Origin: the human T2T-CHM13v2.0 reference genome, Homo sapiens | DNA length: 64,000 nt | Reading direction: 5' to 3' (one strand) | Assembly: GCF_009914755.1 (NCBI RefSeq) | Contig: NC_060946.1 | In this document: positions 27,501-40,572 of the stretch, piece after piece | Numbering within the stretch: the first letter of the stretch is position 1 | How the letters are laid out: each line of letters starts with the position of its first letter | Program-made: the position numbers and the translations under genes | Notes under the pieces: generated by a model | Told to the model about the DNA's origin: nothing | The model's input: only the letters and a program-made list of their open reading frames with translations | Databases searched by the model: none

Positions 27501-30500
27501 ATGCTTCTGTCGAGATTTTATATGAAGATATTCCCGTTTCCAACGAAATCCTGAAATCTATCCAAATATCCCCTCGCAGATTCTACAAAAAGAGTGTTTC
27601 AAAACTGCTCTGTAAAAAGAAAGGTTCAACTCTGTTAGTTGAGTACACACATCACAAACAAGTTTCACAGAATGCTTCTTTCTAGCTTGTAGGGGAAGAT
27701 ATTCCCTTTATCACCATGGTCCTCAAACCGTCCGAAACGTCCACTTCCATATACTACAAAAAGAGCGTTTCAAACCTGCTCTATGAAAGGCAATGTTCAA
27801 CTCTGTGACTTGAATGCAGACATCACAGAGCAGTTTCTGAGAATGCTTCTGTCCAGACTTTATAGGAAGATATTCCCGTTTCCAACGAAATCTTCACAGC
27901 TATCCAAATATCCACTTGCAGATACTACAAAAAGAATGTATCAAAAATGCTCTGTCAAAAGGAAAGTTCTTCTCTGCTAGTTGAGTGCATACGTCATAAA
28001 GAAGTTTCTGAGAATGTTTCTGTCTAGTGGTTATGGGAAGATATTAGCTTTTTCCCCGTAGACCTCAGAGCGCTCCAAATGTCCACTTGCACATGCTACA
28101 GAAAGAGTGCTTCAAAGCTGCTCTCTGAAACGGAATGTTCAACTCTATGAGTTGAATGCAAACATCACAAAGACGTTTCTGAGAATGCTTCTGTCTAGAT
28201 TTGATATGAAGATATTCCCGTTTCCAACGAAATCTTCAAATCTATCCAAATGTCCACTTGCAGATTCAACAAAAAGTGTTTTTCAGAACTGCTCTATCAA
28301 AAGAAAGATCCACCTCTGTTAGCTGAGTTCACACATCACAAACAAGTTTATGAGAATGCTTCTGTCTAGTTTTTATTTGAAGATATTTCCTTTCTCACCA
28401 TAGACCTGAAAGCTGTCCTAATGTTCACTTCCAGATACTACAGAAAGAGTGTTTCAAAACTGCTGTACGAAAGGGAATGTTCAACTCTGTGACTTGAATG
28501 CACACATCACAAAGAAGTTTCTGAGGATGCTGCTGTCTACTTTTTATACGTAATCCCGTTTCCAACGAAATCCTCCAAGCTATCCAAATATCCACTTGCA
28601 GATTCCACAGAAAGACTGTTTCAAAACTGCTCTGTCAATAGAAAGGTTCAACTCTGTTAGCTGCGTGCATATATCCCAAAGAAGATTCTGAGATTGCTTC
28701 TGTCTAGTTTTTATGGGAAGATATTTCCCTTTTCACCGTAGGCGTCAAGGCGCTCCAAATGTCCACTTCCAGATACTACAAAAAGAGTGTTTCAAACCTA
28801 CTCTGTGAAAGGGAATATTCAACTCTGTGACTTGAATGCAGATATCACAAAGAAGTTTCTGAGAATGCTTCTGTCGAGATTTTATATGAAGATATTCCCG
28901 TTTCCAACGAAATCCTGAAATCTATCCAAATATCCCCTCGCAGATTCTACAAAAAGAGTGTTTCAAAACTGCTCTGTAAAAAGAAAGGTTCAACTCTGTT
29001 ACTTGAGTACACACATCACAAACAAGTTTCACAGAATGCTTCTTTCTAGCTTGTAGGGGAAGATATTCCCTTTATCACCATGGTCCTCAAACCGTCCGAA
29101 ACGTCCACTTCCATATACTACAAAAAGAGCGTTTCAAACCTGCTCTATGAAAGGCAATGTTCAACTCTGTGACTTGAATGCAGACATCACAGAGCAGTTT
29201 CTGAGAATGCTTCTGTCCAGACTTTATAGGAAGTTATTCCCGTTTCCAACGAAATCTTCACAGCTATCCAAATATCCACTTGCAGATACTACAAAAAGAA
29301 TGTATCAAAAATGCTCTGTCAAAAGGAAAGTTCTTCTCTGCTAGTTGAGTGCATACGTCATAAAGAAGTTTCTGAGAATGTTTCTGTCTAGTGGTTATGG
29401 GAAGATATTAGCTTTTTCACCGTAGACCTCAGAGCGCTCCAAATGTCCACTTGCACATGCTACAGAAAGAGTGCTTCAAAGCTGCTCTCTGAAACGGAAT
29501 GTTCAACTCTATGAGTTGAATGCAAACATCACAAAGACGTTTCTGAGAATGCTTCTGTCTAGATTTGATATGAAGATATTCCCGTTTCCAACGAAATCTT
29601 CAAATCTATCCAAATGTCCACTTGCAGATTCAACAAAAAGTGTTTTTCAGAACTGCTCTATCAAAAGAAAGATCCACCTCTGTTAGCTGAGTTCACACAT
29701 CACAAACAAGTTTATGAGAATGCTTCTGTCTAGTTTTTATTTGAAGATATTTCCTTTCTCACCATAGACCTGAAAGCTGTCCTAATGTTCACTTCCAGAT
29801 ACTACAGAAAGAGTGTTTCAAAACTGCTGTACGAAAGGGAATGTTCAACTCTGTGACTTGAATGCACACATCACAAAGAAGTTTCTGAGGATGCTGCTGT
29901 CTACTTTTTATACGTAATCCCGTTTCCAACGAAATCCTCCAAGCTATCCAAATATCCACTTGCAGATTCCACAGAAAGACTGTTTCAAAACTGCTCTGTC
30001 AATAGAAAGGTTCAACTCTGTTAGCTGCGTGCATATATCCCAAAGAAGATTCTGAGATTGCTTCTGTCTAGTTTTTATGGGAAGATATTTCCCTTTTCAC
30101 CGTAGGCGTCAAGGCGCTCCAAATGTCCACTTCCAGATACTACAAAAAGAGTGTTTCAAACCTACTCTGTGAAAGGGAATATTCAACTCTGTGACTTGAA
30201 TGCACATATCACAAAGAAGTTTCTGAGAATGCTTCTGTCGAGATTTTATATGAAGATATTCCCGTTTCCAACGAAATCCTGAAATCTATCCAAATATCCC
30301 CTCGCAGATTCTACAAAAAGAGTGTTTCAAAACTGCTCTGTAAAAAGAAAGGTTCAACTCTGTTACTTGAGTACACACATCACAAACAAGTTTCACAGAA
30401 TGCTTCTTTCTAGCTTGTAGGGGAAGATATTCCCTTTATCACCATGGTCTTCAAACCGTCCGAAACGACCACTTCCATATACTACAAAAAGAGTGTTTCA

Positions 30501-33500
30501 AACCTGCTCTATGAAAGGCAATGTTCAACTCTGTGACTTGAATGCAGACATCACAGAGCAGTTTCTGAGAATGCTTCTGTCTAGATTTGATATGAAGATA
30601 TTCCCGTTTCCAACGAAATCTTCAAATCTATCCAAATGTCCACTTGCAGATTCAACAAAAAGTGTTTTTCAAAACTGCTGTATCAAAAGAAAGATCCACG
30701 TCTGTTAGCTGAGTTCACACATCACAAACAAGTTTATGAGAATGCTTCTGTCTAGTTTTTATTTGAAGATATTTCCTTTCTCACCATAGACCTGAAAGCT
30801 GTCCTAATGTTCACTTCCAGATACTACAGAAAGAGTGTTTCAAAACTGCTGTATGAAAGGGAATGTTCAACTCTGTGACTTGAATGCACACATCACAAAG
30901 AAGTTTCTGAGGATGCTGCTGTCTACTTTTTATACGTAATCCCGTTTCCAACGAAATCCTCCAAGCTATCCAAATATCCACTTGCAGATTCCACAGAAAG
31001 ACTGTTTCAAAACTGCTCTGTCAATAGAAAGGTTCAACTCTGTTAGCTGCGTGCATATATCCCAAAGAAGATTTTGAGATTGCTTCTGTCTAGTTTTTAT
31101 GGGAAGATATTTCCCTTTTCACCGTAGGTGTCAAGGCTCTCCAAATGTCCACTTCCAGATACTACAAAAAGAGTGTTTCAAACCTACTCTGTGAAAGGGA
31201 ATATTCAACTCTGTGACTTGAATGCACATATCACAAAGAAGTTTCTGAGAATGCTTCTGTCGAGATTTTATATGAAGATATTCCCGTTTCCAACGAAATC
31301 CTGAAATCTATCCAAATATCCCCTCGCAGATTCTACAAAAAGAGTGTTTCAAAACTGCTCTGTAAAAAAAAAGGTTCAACTCTGTTAGTTGAGTACACAC
31401 ATCACAAACAAGTTTCACAGAATGCTTCTTTCTAGCTTGTAGGGGAAGATATTCCCTTTATCACCATGGGCCTCCAACCGTCCGAAACATCCACTTCCAT
31501 ATACTACAAAAAGAGCGTTTCAAACCTGCTCTATGAAAGGCAATGTTCAACTCTGTGACTTGAATGCAGACATCACAGAGCAGTTTCTGAGAATGCTTCT
31601 GTCTAGATTTTATAGGAAGATATTCCCGTTTCCAACGAAATCTTCACAGCTATCCAAATATCCACTTGCAGATTCTACAAAAAGAGTGTATCAAAACTGC
31701 TCTGTCAAAAGGAAGGTTCTTCTCTGTTAGGTGAGTGCATACGTCATAAAGGAGTTTCTGAGAATGTTTCTGTCTAGTGGTTATGGGAAGATATTTGCTT
31801 TTTCACCGTAGGCCTCAGAGCGCTCCAAATATCCACTTGCACATACTACAAAAAGAGTGCCTCAAAGCTGCTCTCTGAAACGGAATGTTCAACTCTATGA
31901 GTTGAATGCAAACATCACAAAGACGTTTCTGAGAATGCTTCTGTCTAGATTTGATATGAAGATATTCCCGTTTCCAACGAAATCTTCAAATCTATCCAAA
32001 TGTCCACTTGCAGATTCAACAAAAAGTGTTTTTCAGAACTGCTCTATCAAAAGAAAGATCCACCTCTGTTAGCTGAGTTCACACATCACAAACAAGTTTA
32101 TGAGAATGCTTCTGTCTAGTTTTTATTTGAAGATATTTCCTTTCTCACCATAGACCTGAAAGCTGTCCTAATGTTCACTTCCAGATACTACAGAAAGAGT
32201 GTTTCAAAACTGCTGTACGAAAGGGAATGTTCAACTCTGTGACTTGAATGCACACATCACAAAGAAGTTTCTGAGGATGCTGCTGTCTACTTTTTATACG
32301 TAATCCCGTTTCCAACGAAATCCTCCAAGCTATCCAAATATCCACTTGCAGATTCCACAGAAAGACTGTTTCAAAACTGCTCTGTCAATAGAAAGGTTCA
32401 ACTCTGTTAGCTGCGTGCATATATCCCAAAGAAGATTCTGAGATTGCTTCTGTCTAGTTTTTATGGGAAGATATTTCCCTTTTCACCGTAGGCGTCAAGG
32501 CGCTCCAAATGTCCACTTCCAGATACTACAAAAAGAGTGTTTCAAACCTACTCTGTGAAAGCGAATATTCAACTCTGTGACTTGAATGCACATATCACAA
32601 AGAAGTTTCTGAGAATGCTTCTGTCGAGATTTTATATGAAGGTATTCCCGTTTCCAACGAAATCCTGAAATCTATCCAAATATCCCCTCGCAGATTCTAC
32701 AAAAAGAGTGTTTCAAAACTGCTCTGTAAAAAGAAAGGTTCAACTCTGTTACTTGAGTACACACATCACAAACAAGTTTCACAGAATGCTTCTTTCTAGC
32801 TTGTAGGGGAAGATATTCCCTTTATCACCATGGGCCTCCAACCGTCCGAAACGTCCACTTCCATATACTACAAAAAGAGCGTTTCAAACCTGCTCTAGGA
32901 AAGGCAATGTTCAACTCTGTGACTTGAATGCAGACATCACAGAGCAGTTTCTGAGAATGCTTCTGTCTAGATTTTATAGGAAGATATTCCCGTTTCCAAC
33001 GAAATCTTCACAGCTATCCAAATATCCACTTGCAGATTCTACAAAAAGAGTGTATCAAAACTGCTCTGTCAAAAGGAAGGTTCTTCTCTGTTAGGTGAGT
33101 GCATACGTCATAAAGGAGTTTCTGAGAATGTTTCTGTCTAGTGGTTATGGGAAGATATTTGCTTTTTCACCGTAGGCCTCAGAGCGCTCCAAATATCCAC
33201 TTGCACATACTACAAAAAGAGTGCCTCAAAGCTGCTCTTTGAAACGGAATGTTCAACTCTATGAGTTGAATGCAAACATCACAAAGACGTTTCTGAGAAT
33301 GCTTCTGTCTAGATTTGATATGAAGATATTCCCGTTTCCAACGAAATCTTCAAATCTATCCAAATGTCCACTTGCAGATTCAACAAAAAGTGTTTTTCAG
33401 AACTGCTCTATCAAAAGAAAGATCCACCTCTGTTAGCTGAGTTCACACATCACAAACAAGTTTATGAGAATGCTTCTGTCTAGTTTTTATTTGAAGATAT

Positions 33501-36500
33501 TTCCTTTCTCACCATAGACCTGAAAGCTGTCCTAATGTTCACTTCCAGATACTACAGAAAGAGTGTTTCAAAACTGCTGTACGAAAGGGAATGTTCAACT
33601 CTGTGACTTGAATGCACACATCACAAAGAAGTTTCTGAGGATGCTGCTGTCTACTTTTTATACGTAATCCCGTTTCCAACGAAATCCTCCAAGCTATCCA
33701 AATATCCACTTGCAGATTCCACAGAAAGACTGTTTCAAAACTGCTCTGTCAATAGAAAGGTTCAACTCTGTTAGCTGCGTGCATATATCCCAAAGAAGAT
33801 TCTGAGATTGCTTCTGTCTAGTTTTTATGGGAAGATATTTCCCTTTTCACCGTAGGCGTCAAGGCGCTCCAAATGTCCACTTCCAGATACTACAAAAAGA
33901 GTGTTTCAAACCTACTCTGTGAAAGGGAATATTCAACTCTGTGACTTGAATGCACATATCACAAAGAAGTTTCTGAGAATGCTTCTGTCGAGATTTTATA
34001 TGAAGATATTCCCGTTTCCAAAGAAATCCTGAAATCTATCCAAATATCCCCTCGCAGATTCTACAAAAAGAGTGTTTCAAAACTGCTCTGTAAAAAGAAA
34101 GGTTCAACTCTGTTAGTTGAGTACACACATCACAAACAAGTTTCACAGAATGCTTCTTTCTAGCTTGTAGGGGAAGATATTCCCTTTATCACCATGGGCC
34201 TCCAACCGTCCGAAACGTCCACTTCCATATACTACAAAAAGAGCGTTTCAAACCTGCTCTAGGAAAGGCAATGTTCAACTCTGTGACTTGAATGCAGACA
34301 TCACAGAGCAGTTTCTGAGAATGCTTCTGTCTAGATTTTATAGGAAGATATTCCCGTTTCCAACGAAATCTTCACAGCTATCCAAATATCCACTTGCAGA
34401 TTCTACAAAAAGAGTGTATCAAAACTGCTCTGTCAAAAGGAAGGTTCTTCTCTGTTAGGTGAGTGCATACGTCATAAAGGAGTTTCTGAGAATGTTTCTG
34501 TCTAGTGGTTATGGGAAGATATTTGCTTTTTCACCGTAGGCCTCAGAGCGCTCCAAATATCCACTTGCACATACTACAAAAAGAGTGCCTCAAAGCTGCT
34601 CTTTGAAACGGAATGTTCAACTCTATGAGTTGAATGCAAACATCACAAAGACGTTTCTGAGAATGCTTCTGTCTAGATTTGATATGAAGATATTCCCGTT
34701 TCCAACGAAATCTTCAAATCTATCCAAATGTCCACTTGCAGATTCAACAAAAAGTGTTTTTCAGAACTGCTCTATCAAAAGAAAGATCCACCTCTGTTAG
34801 CTGAGTTCACACATCACAAACAAGTTTATGAGAATGCTTCTGTCTAGTTTTTATTTGAAGATATTTCCTTTCTCACCATAGACCTGAAAGCTGTCCTAAT
34901 GTTCACTTCCAGATACTACAGAAAGAGTGTTTCAAAACTGCTGTACGAAAGGGAATGTTCAACTCTGTGACTTGAATGCACACATCACAAAGAAGTTTCT
35001 GAGGATGCTGCTGTCTACTTTTTATACGTAATCTCGTTTCCAACGAAATCCTCCAAGCTATCCAAATATCCACTTGCAGATTCCACAGAAAGACTGTTTC
35101 AAAACTGCTCTGTCAGTAGAAAGGTTCAACTCTGTTAGCTGCGTGCATATATCCCAAAGAAGATTCTGAGATTGCTTCTGTCTAGTTTTTATGGGAAGAT
35201 ATTTCCCTTTTCACCGTAGGCGTCAAGGCGCTCCAAATGTCCACTTCCAGATACTACAAAAAGAGTGTTTCAAACCTACTCTGTGAAAGGGAATATTCAA
35301 CTCTGTGACTTGAATGCACATATCACAAAGAAGTTTCTGAGAATGCTTCTGTCGAGATTTTATATGAAGATATTCCCGTTTCCAACGAAATCCTGAAATC
35401 TATCCAAATATCCCCTCGCAGATTCTACAAAAAGAGTGTTTCAAAACTGCTCTGTAAAAAGAAAGGTTCAACTCTGTTAGTTGAGTACACACATCACAAA
35501 CAAGTTTCACAGAATGCTTCTTTCTAGCTTGTAGGGGAAGATATTCCCTTTATCACCATGGTCCTCAAACCGTCCGAAACGTCCACTTCCATATACTACA
35601 AAAAGAGCGTTTCAAACCTGCTCTATGAAAGGCAATGTTCAACTCTGTGACTTGAATGCAGACATCACAGAGCAGTTTCTGAGAATGCTTCTGTCCAGAC
35701 TTTATAGGAAGATATTCCCGTTTCCAACGAAATCTTCACAGCTATCCAAATATCCACTTGCAGATACTACAAAAAGAATGTATCAAAAATGCTCTGTCAA
35801 AAGGAAAGTTCTTCTCTGCTAGTTGAGTGCATACGTCATAAAGAAGTTTCTGAGAATGTTTCTGTCTAGTGGTTATGGGAAGATATTAGCTTTTTCCCCG
35901 TAGACCTCAGAGCGCTCCAAATGTCCACTTGCACATGCTACAGAAAGAGTGCTTCAAAGCTGCTCTCTGAAACGGAATGTTCAACTCTATGAGTTGAATG
36001 CAAACATCACAAAGACGTTTCTGAGAATGCTTCTGTCTAGATTTGATATGAAGATATTCCCGTTTCCAACGAAATCTTCAAATCTATCCAAATGTCCACT
36101 TGCAGATTCAACAAAAAGTGTTTTTCAGAACTGCTCTATCAAAAGAAAGATCCACCTCTGTTAGCTGAGTTCACACATCACAAACAAGTTTATGAGAATG
36201 CTTCTGTCTAGTTTTTATTTGAAGATATTTCCTTTCTCACCATAGACCTGAAAGCTGTCCTAATGTTCACTTCCAGATACTACAGAAAGAGTGTTTCAAA
36301 ACTGCTGTACGAAAGGGAATGTTCAACTCTGTGACTTGAATGCACACATCACAAAGAAGTTTCTGAGGATGCTGCTGTCTACTTTTTATACGTAATCCCG
36401 TTTCCAACGAAATCCTCCAAGCTATCCAAATATCCACTTGCAGATTCCACAGAAAGACTGTTTCAAAACTGCTCTGTCAATAGAAAGGTTCAACTCTGTT

Positions 36501-39500
36501 AGCTGCGTGCATATATCCCAAAGAAGATTCTGAGATTGCTTCTGTCTAGTTTTTATGGGAAGATATTTCCCTTTTCACCGTAGGCGTCAAGGCGCTCCAA
36601 ATGTCCACTTCCAGATACTACAAAAAGAGTGTTTCAAACCTACTCTGTGAAAGGGAATATTCAACTCTGTGACTTGAATGCAGATATCACAAAGAAGTTT
36701 CTGAGAATGCTTCTGTCGAGATTTTATATGAAGATATTCCCGTTTCCAACGAAATCCTGAAATCTATCCAAATATCCCCTCGCAGATTCTACAAAAAGAG
36801 TGTTTCAAAACTGCTCTGTAAAAAGAAAGGTTCAACTCTGTTACTTGAGTACACACATCACAAACAAGTTTCACAGAATGCTTCTTTCTAGCTTGTAGGG
36901 GAAGATATTCCCTTTATCACCATGGTCCTCAAACCGTCCGAAACGTCCACTTCCATATACTACAAAAAGAGCGTTTCAAACCTGCTCTAAGAAAGGCAAT
37001 GTTCAACTCTGTGACTTGAATGCAGACATCACAGAGCAGTTTCTGAGAATGCTTCTGTCCAGACTTTATAGGAAGTTATTCCCGTTTCCAACGAAATCTT
37101 CACAGCTATCCAAATATCCACTTGCAGATACTACAAAAAGAATGTATCAAAAATGCTCTGTCAAAAGGAAAGTTCTTCTCTGCTAGTTGAGTGCATACGT
37201 CATAAAGAAGTTTCTGAGAATGTTTCTGTCTAGTGGTTATGGGAAGATATTAGCTTTTTCCCCGTAGACCTCAGAGCGCTCCAAATGTCCACTTGCACAT
37301 GCTACAGAAAGAGTGCTTCAAAGCTGCTCTCTGAAACGGAATGTTCAACTCTATGAGTTGAATGCAAACATCACAAAGACGTTTCTGAGAATGCTTCTGT
37401 CTAGATTTGATATGAAGATATTCCCGTTTCCAACGAAATCTTCAAATCTATCCAAATGTCCACTTGCAGATTCAACAAAAAGTGTTTTTCAGAACTGCTC
37501 TATCAAAAGAAAGATCCACCTCTGTTAGCTGAGTTCACACATCACAAACAAGTTTATGAGAATGCTTCTGTCTAGTTTTTATTTGAAGATATTTCCTTTC
37601 TCACCATAGACCTGAAAGCTGTCCTAATGTTCACTTCCAGATACTACAGAAAGAGTGTTTCAAAACTGCTGTACGAAAGGGAATGTTCAACTCTGTGACT
37701 TGAATGCACACATCACAAAGAAGTTTCTGAGGATGCTGCTGTCTACTTTTTATACGTAATCCCGTTTCCAACGAAATCCTCCAAGCTATCCAAATATCCA
37801 CTTGCAGATTCCACAGAAAGACTGTTTCAAAACTGCTCTGTCAATAGAAAGGTTCAACTCTGTTAGCTGCGTGCATATATCCCAAAGAAGATTCTGAGAT
37901 TGCTTCTGTCTAGTTTTTATGGGAAGATATTTCCCTTTTCACCGTAGGCGTCAAGGCGCTCCAAATGTCCACTTCCAGATACTACAAAAAGAGTGTTTCA
38001 AACCTACTCTGTGAAAGGGAATATTCAACTCTGTGACTTGAATGCACATATCACAAAGAAGTTTCTGAGAATGCTTCTGTCGAGATTTTATATGAAGATA
38101 TTCCCGTTTCCAACGAAATCCTGAAATCTATCCAAATATCCCCTCGCAGATTCTACAAAAAGAGTGTTTCAAAACTGCTCTGTAAAAAGAAAGGTTCAAC
38201 TCTGTTACTTGAGTACACACATCACAAACAAGTTTCACAGAATGCTTCTTTCTAGCTTGTAGGGGAAGATATTCCCTTTATCACCATGGTCTTCAAACCG
38301 TCCGAAACGACCACTTCCATATACTACAAAAAGAGTGTTTCAAACCTGCTCTATGAAAGGCAATGTTCAACTCTGTGACTTGAATGCAGACATCACAGAG
38401 CAGTTTCTGAGAATGCTTCTGTCTAGATTTTATAGGAAGATATTCCCGTTTCCAACGAAATCTTCACAGCTATCCAAATATCCACTTGCAGATTCTACAA
38501 AAAGAGTGTATCAAAACTGCTCTGTCAAAAGGAAGGTTCTTCTCTGTTAGGTGAGTGCATACGTCATAAAGGAGTTTCTGAGAATGTTTCTGTCTAGTGG
38601 TTATGGGAAGATATTTGCTTTTTCCCCGTAGACCTCAGAGCGCTCCCAATGTCCACTTGCACATGCTACAAAAAGAGTGCTTCAAAGCTGCTCTCTGAAA
38701 GGGAATGTTCAACTCTATGAGTTGAATGTAAACATCACAAAGACGTTTCTGAGAATGCTTCTGTCTAGATTTGATATGAAGATATTCCCGTTTCCAACGA
38801 AATCTTCAAATCTATCCAAATGTCCACTTGCAGATTCAACAAAAAGTGTTTTTCAAAACTGCTGTATCAAAAGAAAGATCCACGTCTGTTAGCTGAGTTC
38901 ACACATCACAAACAAGTTTATGAGAATGCTTCTGTCTAGTTTTTATTTGAAGATATTTCCTTTCTCACCATAGACCTGAAAGCTGTCCTAATGTTCACTT
39001 CCAGATACTACAGAAAGAGTGTTTCAAAACTGCTGTATGAAAGGGAATGTTCAACTCTGTGACTTGAATGCACACATCACAAAGAAGTTTCTGAGGATGC
39101 TGCTGTCTACTTTTTATACGTAATCCCGTTTCCAACGAAATCCTCCAAGCTATCCAAATATCCACTTGCAGATTCCACAGAAAGACTGTTTCAAAACTGC
39201 TCTGTCAATAGAAAGGTTCAACTCTGTTAGCTGCGTGCATATATCCCAAAGAAGATTTTGAGATTGCTTCTGTCTAGTTTTTATGGGAAGATATTTCCCT
39301 TTTCACCGTAGGTGTCAAGGCTCTCCAAATGTCCACTTCCAGATACTACAAAAAGAGTGTTTCAAACCTACTCTGTGAAAGGGAATATTCAACTCTGTGA
39401 CTTGAATGCACATATCACAAAGAAGTTTCTGAGAATGCTTCTGTCGAGATTTTATATGAAGATATTCCCGTTTCCAACGAAATCCTGAAATCTATCCAAA

Positions 39501-40572
39501 TATCCCCTCGCAGATTCTACAAAAAGAGTGTTTCAAAACTGCTCTGTAAAAAAAAAGGTTCAACTCTGTTAGTTGAGTACACACATCACAAACAAGTTTC
39601 ACAGAATGCTTCTTTCTAGCTTGTAGGGGAAGATATTCCCTTTATCACCATGGGCCTCCAACCGTCCGAAACATCCACTTCCATATACTACAAAAAGAGC
39701 GTTTCAAACCTGCTCTATGAAAGGCAATGTTCAACTCTGTGACTTGAATGCAGACATCACAGAGCAGTTTCTGAGAATGCTTCTGTCTAGATTTTATAGG
39801 AAGATATTCCCGTTTCCAACGAAATCTTCACAGCTATCCAAATATCCACTTGCAGATTCTACAAAAAGAGTGTATCAAAACTGCTCTGTCAAAAGGAAGG
39901 TTCTTCTCTGTTAGGTGAGTGCATACGTCATAAAGGAGTTTCTGAGAATGTTTCTGTCTAGTGGTTATGGGAAGATATTTGCTTTTTCACCGTAGGCCTC
40001 AGAGCGCTCCAAATATCCACTTGCACATACTACAAAAAGAGTGCCTCAAAGCTGCTCTCTGAAACGGAATGTTCAACTCTATGAGTTGAATGCAAACATC
40101 ACAAAGACGTTTCTGAGAATGCTTCTGTCTAGATTTGATATGAAGATATTCCCGTTTCCAACGAAATCTTCAAATCTATCCAAATGTCCACTTGCAGATT
40201 CAACAAAAAGTGTTTTTCAGAACTGCTCTATCAAAAGAAAGATCCACCTCTGTTAGCTGAGTTCACACATCACAAACAAGTTTATGAGAATGCTTCTGTC
40301 TAGTTTTTATTTGAAGATATTTCCTTTCTCACCATAGACCTGAAAGCTGTCCTAATGTTCACTTCCAGATACTACAGAAAGAGTGTTTCAAAACTGCTGT
40401 ACGAAAGGGAATGTTCAACTCTGTGACTTGAATGCACACATCACAAAGAAGTTTCTGAGGATGCTGCTGTCTACTTTTTATAAGTAATCCCGTTTCCAAC
40501 GAAATCCTCCAAGCTATCCAAATATCCACTTGCAGATTCCACAGAAAGACTGTTTCAAAACTGCTCTGTCAA
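24547..40572. repeat. Tandem duplication of a six-HOR block (24547-32388 and 32389-40572)
   Basis: Shared private variants: AAAGCGAAT and AAGGTATTCCC (~24720-24800 / ~32562-32642), TAATCTCGTT (27190/35032) and AAACGACC (~30468/~38310) at offset 7,842, and an A9 run (31364/39548) at offset 8,184. Confidence 0.93.
30003..31024 (-). repeat. 6-mer HOR structural variant (1,022 bp; one 342-bp dimer deleted, hybrid monomer junction at 30561-30588)
   Basis: Unit starts 30003 and 31025 are 1,022 bp apart. CACAGAGCA-GTTTCTGAGAATGCTTCTGTCTAGATTT-GATATG joins the left flank of XbaI site 1 to the right flank of XbaI site 2. The ORF at 30493 is a chimera of the two usual pseudo-ORFs. Confidence 0.96.

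Noticed and set aside
31364-31372. A9 run (also 39548-39556) as a possible retrotransposon poly(A) tail
   Set aside because: It is a single G>A substitution in AAAAAGAAA with no length change and no target-site duplication.
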